Assembly: GCA_965235115.1 (NCBI GenBank) | Contig: OZ249436.1 | Span: forward strand, 23,996,001 to 24,060,000 | Direction: 5' to 3' | Length of the DNA: 64,000 nt | Source of the DNA: Laetmonice hystrix | Taxonomy: Eukaryota | Shown: in pieces, positions 11,719-23,388 of the stretch | Position numbering within the stretch: position 1 is the stretch's first letter | Layout: the number at the start of each line of letters is the position of its first letter | Notes under the pieces: generated by a model | The model's database searches: none | Seen by the model: the letters and a program-made list of their open reading frames with translations, nothing else | What the model was told of the DNA's origin: nothing | Program-made: the position numbers and the translations under genes

Positions 11719-12156
11719 TTCCGAGTCAATCGCTGTGGGATTACGAAAGCTGTCATATTTGCGCGGTGAGCCGTGTAGGCCTACAAGTCTTCAATTCGTG
11801 TGCTTATGAAGTGTTGGCAACTTCAGTGAAAGACTAATCTGCGGATTCCTGTAGTATCTGGACGTGTGCTGTGGGCATTGTGCTTGTGAAATCAACAGAG
11901 GAAACCCAACTGGAACTTTATTTGAACTCTCACTTGGATTTACGTGTGGACTGGGAACGTTCTGGAATTGCAGACAGGACAATAGACCACAATAGAGAGT
12001 AAGCCAGTAGGAACCTTCTGGAAGGTAAAACACTGAGTTTTGTGATTGTAAATCAAACCTTATTTGTCATCGTTGTGTAACTGTGAGGATTCATTAAACT
12101 GTTAAAATTAAATTCTGGTGTTTGTCATCTACTGCCATTGGCTACGTAACATAAAT

Positions 12157-12174
12157 TGGGGGCTCGTCCGGGAT
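12157..12174 (+). other. Primer-binding site, tRNA-Pro
   Basis: TGGGGGCTCGTCCGGGAT, 18-nt complement of the tRNA-Pro 3' end, 5 nt after the LTR end. Confidence 0.92.
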
Positions 12175-12252
12175 CTGAGCAAATTTGGCATCATTGAGCC
12201 ATTATTTTAGAAATTGTCTGCCATCTTTGTTTCAAGAACATTCTTACTCAAA

Positions 12253-13283
12253 ATGTCAGCGGCCGTAGATGATTTTGTGGCAGCGCCAACTGTAGACGAG
12301 TTGAGGAAGCTTAGGAAGTCTGAGTTGTTTGCAGTTGCTGAGAAGTATGAGTTAGATGAGGTGACGAAAGGTATGACAAAGGCAGTTATCCAAAGGAAAA
12401 TAGCTGAGTTTTATTATGAGGAAGATATCTTCACCGTAGATCAGTTAAATCAGTTTGTGGACATTGAGAAGGGGAAACCCATGTCAGACAAGGAATTAAA
12501 ACTCAAAATGAGTTAGAAGAGAAAGAGAAACAGAGACAGTCCGACTTAGACAAAGAAAAGCTTGAGTTAGCGAAAATGAGAGAGAAGGAACAGTTTGAGT
12601 TAGAGAAACTTAGGTTGAGTGGAGGAGGAAGAAGCCATTCAGATGACTCCCAGAGGTTTTCTGCTAGCCGAGAAGTTAGGTTAGTTCCTCCATTCGATGA
12701 AAAAGAAGTAGACAACTACTTTCAACATTTTGAAAAGGTAGCTGAGAGTTTGGAATGGCCACCGCAATACTGGCCTCTGATGTTGCAGAGTGTTATCAAA
12801 GAAAAAGCACAACAGGCATATTCTGCATTGTCGGTTCACGATTCCTCAGATTATGAGATTGTCAAGAAAGCCATTCTAACTGCATATGAGTTAGTTCCAG
12901 AAGCTTACAGGCAAAAGTTTAGAAATTGGAAAAAGAGGGACAGTCAGACTTATGTGGAGTTTGCTCATGACAAAGAGGTGTTCTTTAAACGTTGGTGAAA
13001 CTCAATGTCAGTTGACAAGGACTTTGACAAGTTGAAGGACTTGATGTTGGTTGAGGAGTTCAAATGCTGTGTCAAAGATGATATTAAGTCCTATCTTGAT
13101 GAAATAGATGCCGTCACACTTCAGAAAGCTGCAAAATTAGCAGATGAGTATGCACCACTCATAAGTCCAAATTTGGGTCCGGTGATAAGTCTCAGTTCTA
13201 CAAGAAGAAAGACAATGGTACCAAACCAAGTTTCCAGAGAAATGACAGCAGAAACAAGAGCAACTAGAAACACTGATTGCTGA
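12253..13283 (+). pseudogene. Gmr1-like gypsy gag (SCAN-like capsid region), frameshifted and truncated
   Basis: LVPPFDEKEVDNYFQHFEKVAESLEWP...AYELVPEAYRQKFR...LMLVEEFK; frameshift at about 12505, stop at 12998, no pol. Confidence 0.8.
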
Positions 13284-13499
13284 AGCAATACAGGGATCCC
13301 ATCCCCCTGGTTATCATCACTTGTCAACAGGTTGTGAACCCTGATGCAGTGCACACTGGGAAACTGTCGTGCCAAGCCACCTCTCAGATTCCCTCCACTC
13401 ATTCGCGATTTATCTCTCAGTGCTCACCAAATATGTGCAGTGGGCAGAGATTAATGCTGGTGTGACGTATGACATGACGCTATGTCATAAATCTTGGTG

Positions 13500-14172
13500 T
13501 CACTTGAGCATACATGACTTGGCCGCCATCTTGGATTTGTCAAATTCGGGGAAAATGGGTGCAGTTTTCCATCCTAACTCCAATGGTGAAAACCCGACAT
13601 TGATATCTTTAACCATTTTTAAGATATCACTGATGTTGGGTTGAAAATGGCCTAAAGGGGCCAACTTTGAGGGGCCATAGCATTGAAACTATTGATTTTA
13701 AATAGGGAAGCCATCTTGGTGTCACAGACAGTTGACCTATTACCCAATCCAATGGTGCAGAAATCGGAAATTAGGTCAACTTGGCCGCCATCTTGGATTT
13801 TTAAAATTCGGGTCAAATGGTTCAATTTTTTATCCTAACCCCCATGGAGAAAACCAGACATTGATATCTTTAACCGTTTTTGAGATATCATTGATCTTTG
13901 TTTGAAAATGACCTAAAGCGGGTCAACTTTGAGGGGCCATAGCATAGAAACTATTGATTTTGGGGAAGCCATCTTGGAGTCACAGACAGCGGACCTATTC
14001 CCCAATCCAATGGTGCTGAAATCCAAAATTGGGTCAACTTGGCGGCCATATTGGATTTTTCAAATTGGGTCAATTGGGTCAATTTTTTAATCCTAACTCC
14101 CATAGGGGCCATAGCATGAAAACTATTGAGAGAAGCCATCGTGGTATCACAGACAGTTGACCTATTAACCAA
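13500..14172 (+). repeat. About 260-bp tandem repeat (ggccgccatcttggattt units); related copy at about 170-430
   Basis: Unit marker recurs at about 13521, 13783 and 14041. Confidence 0.75.
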
Positions 14173-14656
14173 TCTTGGATTGGTCTATTTGAATGCAATT
14201 ACAAAATATAGCCCTGGGACAATAGTGGTGATCTCATTATGACGTCATAGGTCACGCAACCTAAAAAATAATGCTGTCAAAAGAAATAGCATATAAAATT
14301 ATATACGACTCCCTATTAGTGTTAAAGGAAGCCTTTGTTCCCTAATAGGCATTTAGAGACAAATCACTTATGTAACTAAATATACATAAGATCTTCATTT
14401 AGACTGCAAAATAATTACACAGTTTCAACTCCAAGAATGAGTAAATTGTGATTTTTATTCAAAATTGCCGCTACTTTCTTATCTGGGTCAGCGACCCAGA
14501 TAATCCCCACTCCAAATCAGCCAGCCATTCATCCTCCGTCACCAGTGCTTAACTTCTTGACCTACTTAGGCACCCCCGGGGATGACAGCTGCCGAACATT
14601 CTTGGAGCGTTCTGTTGTATCCAGGCTCTTTATTTACGATCTACTAGCTATAACTA

Positions 14657-15035
14657 TGCCCATTGAAGGTTACGCCTTTGAGCCTGAGTACTCAGACACA
14701 GAACTTAATGAGTTGAGCAGGATTGAGGGGGACAGTCCTAAAGAGTCAGTAACAGATTCGTCCCAGACAGGCCATAGCGAACATCGACTTGACTCAAACG
14801 ACTGGTGCCTATGTTCCAAATGTGAAATCATGCCGACAGTCATAGAATGCCAGTGTTGCCGGGAATTTTCCCAGATCAAGGACAAGATGGATCAGATTGG
14901 ATTAGATCCAGATGTTCAAGTGTGTATCACTTCTTCTGAGAGATTTGAGATTGTTACGGACATCCTGCACATCACACTTCTGATGATTCACGACAGCCTG
15001 CTAAAAGGTCTCCTTCCAAATCCAGTGCTAAATAG
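14657..15035 (+). pseudogene. P2X7-ballast-like Cys-rich exon (KolX-like, Kolobok accessory gene remnant)
   Basis: MPIEGYAFEPEY...WCLCSKCEIMPTVIECQCCRE...CIT, ending at an AG|gtaag donor; TTAA|AGG possible Kolobok end at 14322. Confidence 0.65.
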
Positions 15036-17263
15036 GTAAGGCCTAGATCTATACTCGAGCGGTTACTAAAGACTGTGTGCCAGGGAAAATGGGTGAAATA
15101 TATAAATTGCTACAAGGCATGGAAATAAATAGTTTATTCACAATGGAGGGGATTTTGAAGGGGTTGCTCAGCAGGAAAAAAGTACCAGCCCAGTGCCGTG
15201 GCGGATCCAGGGGGTGCTGGGGGTGCACCCCCTCTTGCAGCCCAAATGCCCTTTTTGGACCAAAGTGCCCTTTTGGGGGACCCCAAGTGCCCTTTTTCCA
15301 CACTAAGGGTCTTTTATTTTTACGAAACATTTTTTTAAATTTAAATGAAAATACAGTAGAAGTGGCATAAGTCGGACCAAGTGGGCCAGAAATTTTATCC
15401 GACTTAGAGAAAATCTGTCTTATGTGTCAGTCGGGTTTTCTCTGACATATACATATAAAGGAGGGGCCGGGGGGCATGGCCCCCCAATCACTAGATGGGG
15501 ATGCCAGAGTATGTTTTGCCCCCCCCCCAATATTAATGCCCTTGGAAAAGAGGCACTAATATTGGGGGGGGGGCGCAAACCCCCAATATTAATCCCTAAT
15601 ATTATTATTATTTTTGGGGGGTTGCTTGTCAGATGAGGGGGGCCAAGGCTTGTGCCCCCCCTCCCCCAATGCTAGCCACCTTCCTATGCCCCTGCAAACT
15701 GCTGAAAAGATCAGGGACCTTATTCATAAAGCACACTTGAGCATAGGCGTCGGAAATAATTCTTCCAGGGGGGCTGAAGCAGAACAAAAGTATGTCATGC
15801 TGTCAGTCATCAGGATGTAAAAGTCGGGTTCCCTCATCCGACTTATGTGACAAGATTTTAATGGAAATGTATTACACTGGGACTCAAATTTTCATCCGAC
15901 TCGGAGAAAATCCGACTTGCAGTATCCGAGTTATCCGATGATTTTTTAATGGAATTATCGTTGGAAAAAATCGGGACCTCAGGAGGTCATCCGAGTTATG
16001 TGATTATCCGAGTTATGCGACTTCGACTTATGCGACTTCTACTTTAGATCTAATTTTTCTGCAGTAGGCTCTCCACTGCCTGCCTTTGTGGGTCTCCGCT
16101 AGGTGCCTACCCTGGGTACAGGCAAGGAGAACATGAGGTGGCACCCGTGTAACCTAAGTTTGCAAAAATGCCCTTTTTCCATAGCAACCCCCCCCCCCCC
16201 CCCCCCCCCACAGCATGGCCAGGAGCGTGACATCGGTGAAGATGTGTTATTCCACTGCTAAACTTTGAAAGTATCCCGGAATTGTTTTCCAAAGCCCACT
16301 GACTCGCGAAAATAATATGCTGCGAATTTGTTTTACAAAGGTCATTTGCAAAATTTCACTGCCGCAAAATTTTCCCGATCTACAGTACCTAATGCCTGCA
16401 GATAACTTTGTTAGTCATAATTAGTAACAGAATGATGATTCTAGCTTTAAATATTCTGAATTCAGATACTTTGAATTTTTGTCCCTCCGTTGCCGGTAGC
16501 GCAGGGACAGATTTCACCCCGGCCCTCAAAATCATCGTTTAGCAAACTTTTTTCAAAACTGATTATATCATATTACTACACATAGAAAAATGCTTTCTTT
16601 TAGAAAGTTTCCTCTTTCTGGATAGAAGATTGATATTTCAAAAATTCAAAAATGATGTGCCTCAGTCACACATTCAGGATTTTTACTCACCACTCATGTT
16701 CTACCACCCTGCTAAGTAGTTCCAACAGATCGCGGAATCTGATGAATCGGACACAGAGACGGAGACGATTAAAGAAAGGAGTGATCCCCTCTGTATCTGT
16801 GTGGACTAACACCCCTTCGAAATCTCAGGAGGCCAGGAAAATTAGAGCCCAAACAAGAACACATCTATTAGCCCTTAGACCTGACATTGATTGTGTACAG
16901 CAGGAGATGGAAGTCATCACATCCTCCTGAGCATGATGATCCAGATACGTCACAAGAAACCCAGACTGCTAGTATGCTAAGTGTAGAGACCCAGGTGAAT
17001 CTAGAAAAAGAGCTGCCTCCACTCTGTGTAGAAAGATACTGGAACAATGATGCTGTCATCAAAATGTACCCTGGATTGGAAACGTTTGCAAAATTCGTAA
17101 GTGTGCTTGTGTCTCTGGGACCAGCAGCAGGCTGCCTTATGTACCGATTGGGGGGGTGGACCAAATATATCGATAGAGAACCAGTTTTTTATGACGCTGA
17201 TTAAGCTCCGCATGTACAAGTCCAATGAAGAACACTTTGTGTCCTTTGCAACATCTACCAACA

Positions 17264-17626
17264 CAGAGGCGTAGGAAGCACTTTAAAAGTGGGGGGCCAA
17301 CAGGGCCATGCGCAGGATTTTTCGAAGGGGGATTACAGTTTGGCGGGGGGACTGGGCGAGCGCCGAAGGCGCAAAGCCATGCTAGGGGAGTCCGGGGGCA
17401 TGCCCCCCCCAAAAAATTGAAATTTATAGTGTAATCTGGTGGCATTTGGTGCATCTTAGAGCACAAAATAAGGTCTGAAATGTGAGAAAATACCCTCCTT
17501 CTCCTTCTTCCAATGGCAAATTCAAGGGGAGGGAAAAAAGTGGGGGGGGGGCAAAAGATACTCTGGCCCCCCTCATTTCAAAGTGGGAGGCCATGGCCCC
17601 CCTGGCCCCCTTTTCCTACGCCCCTG
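17264..17626. mobile_element. G/C-tract MITE (hAT6-like), 6-bp TSD
   Basis: CAGAGGCGTAGGAA...TTCCTACGCCCCTG; TSD CCAACA. Confidence 0.75.
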
Positions 17627-17642
17627 CCAACACCGTTGCTAA

Positions 17643-18962
17643 TGGCCCTGTCACACTTTGACGATTTAGCCAGCGTATGCCGACGTACGAGGAATTTGGC
17701 GAATACTCTGGCATACGTTGAATAAGTTATGGGTAAGTTAGGAGCACGCTGATGAACGCTGATATACGTCGTAGTACGGTGAGGTCATCGAGAAATTATG
17801 TGCATGCACAAAATTTTCGACATATGCCAACGTATGGCTCATACGTCCCGCGTACGCGGGACATATGTTGTAGGTAAGTTATGCGATCGTTGAGACACGT
17901 TTAGACACGTTACTTGTAAGTTACTCATTTATAAGTCGACATACGTCAAGATAATGTTTAGCGTACCCACAACTTATGTCCAAAGTATGAGTAACGTGCT
18001 TTGAACGTATTTGTAACTTATCTCCAACGCATATTGACGTATGTAGACGTATTGGACGTGTTCCGGACGACCACAGAACTTACTGAACGTGTTTCTAACT
18101 TACAGGTACCGTATAATAGCGTACTTGCAGCGTTTAGAGAAATTGGTATAGGCCTATAAAAATGGGGTTCACAGGAGGAAACCGGCAGTACTCCTCAAGA
18201 CTCCATGGTGCCAAATAAAAAAAGTTACTTGTTTAGCGTTTAGCCCGACCTGTGAAATGCCCCCAACCTGGATTTTTTAAAAAATATTTTTTATTTAAAA
18301 AAACAAACAAAATATAGTGTAAAAACTGTCAAAACAACGTCTTCCCGCCTAAGAACAGTGTATAATGCGCTTTGTAAACCCATTAACGACCTGTGAAATT
18401 TAAAATTAGCCTCATGTTTTGAACTGTCGTCTGTGTGGAACATGTGCACAAGTTTAACTTTCACTTGAACAAAGACTTTAATAGAATTTTCATGTTTTCT
18501 TCTTAAAATTCTAGCTTGGAAGTGTTCATAGTCTTCTATACCTTCCTATCTTGCCGTTTGACCATGAATACCGTGTGTATCTTTTTCCTACAGCCATGCC
18601 GCCACTCCATTCATAGAATATAAAAAAATAAACATAAACCCCCCCACCTGAAAAAAATTGACGTCAAGTGATCGTCGGCGATTCGCTGCCACACGCTATG
18701 GATACGTTAGACTATCGTTGGGCATACGTTGTGAACGCCGGCGACACGCTACACATTCGTTGGTCTAAGTTGTCTATAAGTTATCGGAACGTTCTATATA
18801 AGTTACTAATACGTTATGTATACGTCCAACTCATTATGAATACGCTATGTATACGTTTAACTTTGAAAAAAAACACATCGAAAGTTCAGCGTATGCCAGC
18901 GTTTCAGAGAAATCCTATATGTCGGCATACGCTGGCTAAATCGTCAAGGTGTGACAGGGCCA
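17643..18962. mobile_element. PIF/Harbinger MITE
   Basis: TIR TGGCCCTGTCACAC(T/C)TTGACGATTTAGCCAGCGTATGCCGAC; TSD TAA. Confidence 0.88.
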
Positions 18963-18997
18963 TAACACTGTTGTTAGAAGGATAAACTTTATGTTAA

Positions 18998-19526
18998 AGG
19001 GGCATACTATGAAACACGTTTTGGAGGATTTCCGGCAATTATCCAACATGACCGTGTACTACGGATCCAAGTAAATAATCCTACCACAACATTTTGTCCT
19101 CCGACGTGTTTTCACTGCGTGTGCAGCACAAGTAGGTTCTATACGACCAAACTTATAGATTTCTCCCAATAGCACATCTCCCGGCATAATTTTGATAGAC
19201 AACCTCCCATCAACCCATGTAATTGCATACTGCGTCATATCCTGCGTGTGCACTCCCTGCATGTGCTTAGTCACGTGCTTCGCTTAGTTGTAAACAATTC
19301 AGCAGTTGCACTCGATCGTCCGGCATCAGAATGCCACCCAAAAAATATTTTACGAAATTGGCAGGGAAACGGGCAAGGGAGCTTCATAAACTTCGATTGC
19401 TCACGCAAAATGAAACTGATAAGTCTGTCTTTGTTTACCAAGCAATTTTAATAAAGGATCTCTTTATGAAAACAGCAAAAGTTCTTTGAAATAAAGATTT
19501 TTCACGTTTCCTCATAATATGCCTCT
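18998..19526. mobile_element. Kolobok-type MITE
   Basis: TTAA TSD; TIR AG(G/A)GGCATA(C/T)TATGA. Confidence 0.8.
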
Positions 19527-21418
19527 TTAAGAGGTAGCCATATAAAAAGAGGTAGCCATATGGCCCTCTAAAGAACTAGTATACAAATGTATGTCATACG
19601 ACTTTGCAAAAAGAATTCCCAAGACATGTATCGTTCTTGATGGTAACAGAGGTCCCCATAAGAAAGCCAAAGCAAACCCCTTGCCCAGCAGGTTACATTC
19701 TCCAGCTACAAGAACAGGAGTACCCTGAAAATTATTGTTGGTGCAACACCTGGCAGTCTGATTTCCTAAATCCCAGCAGTTTTTGGTGGGTCTGCAAGTG
19801 ACAGAGCTTTGATGGATTACAGCGATTTCTTCATGAACTTTCATATGAAGATTGAATCCAAGGATGAAGTCATGGTTGATAAGGGTTTCAACATACAGGA
19901 TCTTCTTGCACCGTATAAAGTCCAGCTACCTTCCTAAAGAAGAGAAATCAGTTCAAGTCATCAAGATCAAGTGATAACTAGACCTCCAGATTGCAAGCAA
20001 CCGGGTATCCCGTTCCTCTGTGGATGTACCTGGAAAGGCTCTGTATGGCATAAAAGCAAGTCAACCATACCAATAATGAGCATAGGGTTCCAAGAGAAAG
20101 ATTACCAGCCACCTGTGCACACATGCCAAATGGTGTCCCTATCCTTGACCTTGAATGCCCTTGAAAGGTCAAAGTCAAGGTCACACAGGGGTTTAGGAGT
20201 TCTAGAATATTTATTGTGGGATAAGCTACTGTTGATGGGATGATAATTCATGTATGTTACTATCGGATTTTCTATTCAATTACAGAAGCTGTATTTGGTC
20301 TGTCCAGGTACAAGAGAAAATCTGACATGACCAGTGCGAACATGTGGTTCCTCTATTTATATAAAACTGCTGTGATGAAGCATGCACTTATTTATACATG
20401 TATATTATATTATATTGCAGATTAGTTGCTGTGTCGATGCATGATCATACAAGACACCATTTGCATGCAGACAGCTCTCTAGTGTGCAGTGCTAGTACTA
20501 ACACAGCCACTGATGGACTCACATCATCTGCTTTTAGAATAGTAACTCGTTGTAGCTGGTGGTTGGTTAGATTTCCCTTGCCATCATGGCCAAACGCTTC
20601 ATGCTTATAGATCCTTCCGAGCCAAGCACATCCAAACAGCTAAAGACTGCTTCAAGTACTAATTGGTAACTGTGTACTCTGCCAGAAAGACACCGGAGAA
20701 ACCCTACAGTGTCCAGCTAACAGTACTAATAAAGAAACGAAAGGTATTGGGTACAAAACATTAGCAGAAGACTTGCAGCAGTTCAGAGAATTTGACTATA
20801 TGCCCTATCCATTTGACTTCAGCAGGCTTGATGACGGCCATGGCATTGAATCAACACTGATGAACCATCATGCTGCATGGCATAAGACATGTCGTGCCCG
20901 ATTTAACAAGACAAAACTCCAGCAGGCAGCAATGAAGCAATCCACCGAAGGAAGATCTACCAGCTCACCCACTGTGGGTGGAAGACGGTCGAGCCAGAGA
21001 ACCATCAAGTCTGAGCATCAAGAAGCAGTCTGTTTCTTTTGTGATCACCCAGCCAGCAACTCCATCCTGCATGAGGCTGCTACCTTTGACATTGATTTTC
21101 AGGTACGCAAATGTGCCAGAGAACTGGAAGGTACAATCCTGCTAGGTAAGCTGGCAGCTGGAGATATGATTGCTCTGAAAGCAAAATACTGGGCGGGGGG
21201 GGGGGGGGGTTCTGTTTCTTTGTTTTATATTGTTTTTGTTGTTTTGTGGTTTTGGTGTTCGTATATCTCCTGTTAAGTCCTTTTGGGGAGGCTAGTCGAA
21301 TAGCCGTTAGAATTCGCCACAATTAAGTAATTGTTCGATAATTACGAGAGGTACTTGTAACGAGTCCCAACACAAGGTAGCTAGCTCCTGAAGTCCATTT
21401 GGGGAAATAGGTAGAGTC

Positions 21419-21865
21419 CAGGGTTTCCGCCAGAAAATAATTAATGGAGGGGAGGGGCGAGCCCACCAAAGGCGGACCGGAAGGGGGGGTCTGGGGGCCC
21501 TCACCCAGAAATTTTTTTTTCAGGAACTCCGGAGATGCATTTTCCTGGCCTCTCAGAGCGAGAATCTTCACTAAATCTACCACCAAAAAAATCCACAATT
21601 TTTACGCCAAAAACACAAAATTGGCAGTGACAGCAAACAGAATCATACCGACGTTTTAAATAAATGCATCATTACAATATTATTCGACATCAGAAGGGAG
21701 GATTGTCAGGATTATTCATAGACTTTTCGTTGTCGACGTTGAAACTATGTTCAGATACCTTTAAAAAAAACATTGCTCTGCAGATTGATGGGGGGATATC
21801 CCCCTCATGTCCCAATCTTGGGGGGGTTAAATCCCCCCCGTCCCCCCCCTCTGTATGAAACCCTG
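21419..21865. mobile_element. G/C-tract MITE (hAT5-like), 5-bp TSD
   Basis: CAGGGTTTC...GAAACCCTG; TSD GAGTC. Confidence 0.75.
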
Positions 21866-23388
21866 GAGTCTTATATTGATAGCGACGGTTGAGTTGAGGA
21901 ATCCAACATCTGAATACGTCCAGGTAGATTTCAACTATTTATTTCACAAGTCCACAATACTCTCAAGTGCGTGACCAAGCATACGTATAATCCGCAGTAA
22001 TTGACTAAGTCCACCAAGTACACCATAAACTTATGATAATACCTGTCTTTGATCCTTTCGTCCCTCCTGGCTACCGCTTTCACTGTCTTCTATCACGATC
22101 GTATTTCCTCCTCAATCTTTCTATCTGCTGATCTCGCCTCCAACTCTCTAGCTGTTTCCGACAGTAAAGAGCTATCTGTCAGTGATTCCCGCACAACTCC
22201 GACGCGCTAGCCCTTCGACTATCACCCGGGGCGTATATTTCCTTCCCTAGTTGCTAGCCGCTCCTCGCTCTCTCTCCGTTCCTCCAGATCTGATCTCCGT
22301 ATCTACCTTTTATACCTACAGCTGTTCCATTTACTTGCCTAAGCTGTTATCTCCTACCTGCTTCCACTCTTACCTGCTTTTTTTCTTTGCTGTTCTCACC
22401 ATTCTATCTACCTGCCTGCACTCGCTGTTCCCGCCATTCTATCAACCTGCTTGCGCTCGCTGTTCTCGCCATTCCATCCACTCGTCTGCTCTAGGTGTAA
22501 CCTAATCTCCACTCTCCTCCTGTGAGATGTTTTATTGCTCGCCAGCTGGGCCTCGTCTGGGTTCCCTGTCTCGACTCCGACTCTATATTCTATGTGTTAA
22601 CCAACACAATGCCATCGAAAATGTCTTGTGAATTCATAATCGTTCATGTGCGGCTCCAAGCCAGGAGGATGAGCCAGATTGTTACCTACATGGCATTCCT
22701 TTTGCTGAACTAGTGACGTACCTGAAAGATGCACATTTGCAGCCGCAGCCACACCCTTGTAGAGACACTGTTCAACCTGGGTCTGTGTGTATCTTACGAC
22801 CGTCTTCTCCAGCTGACAGCCGACATGGCCAATAGTTGTTGCAGGAGATTTTAGATGGAACAGCTGGTGTGCCCACCAAAGATGCGACAGGGGGTGTTCA
22901 CCACATGGGCGGTTGACAACATCGACCATTATCCGAGTTAATCAACAGCTCATGATTCATTCCATGGCACTGCTATATCAGCAATACAGCATCCTACACG
23001 TGACTGCCCAGGAACTGATCGTGGTGTGCTTGTCTTGGACAAAGGCACAGCTGTCAGAACAGTGGCCCCTCTGCCGTCAAGTTACACAAAAGTACCACCT
23101 GCTGCCCTGAAGAGCAAGCAGTTCACAGTTCCTCCACTCCAAGGACCCATCAAACCACCCAGCCTGCAGACAGGGATCCAAGGTCAAGAGGATGGGCTTG
23201 ACTGGCTAAAGGCAGTCCAGGGGCGCGTTTCACAAAGCGCTTGCAAGGCTAAAGACCATCACTGCCCACTCGCAACTGCAACCTGGTGTTGCACAAAGCT
23301 CTCGCACATTTTGCGAGCAGTCTCAACAGCCGCAAAATCTGCGATTGCCAAATACTACTCGTAGAGTTTCTGTGTGGGGTTCGACAAA

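Larger units (their letters stand above)
7228..11732 (-). mobile_element. CR1/L2-group non-LTR retrotransposon with NADAR-ORF1, SGNH ORF and RT ORF
   Basis: 16-nt poly(A) (T-run 7228-7243) with AATAAA about 8 nt upstream; near-perfect TSD ctgtggatta (7218-7227) / ctgtgggatta (11733-11743); three co-oriented ORFs. Confidence 0.9.
6870..12151 (+). mobile_element. Gypsy 5' LTR (6870-7227 plus 11744-12151), split by a LINE insertion
   Basis: Begins TGTCA (start position tentative), TATATAA at about 7109, ends GTAACA immediately before a tRNA-Pro PBS. Confidence 0.7.
16650..20020 (+). pseudogene. THAP + HTH + DDE_Tnp_4 (ISL2EU/Harbinger-related) transposase remnant split by three MITEs
   Basis: LKKGVIPSV (THAP end); ENQFFMTLIKLR; IWPSKE...IVLDGTEVPIRKP...QQVTFSSYKNRSTLK...GGSASDR...DEVMVDKGFNIQDLL. 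Confidence 0.8.

Noticed and set aside
14545..15039. Host P2RX7 gene
   Set aside because: Only a ballast-like fragment with no channel exons, in a transposon context.
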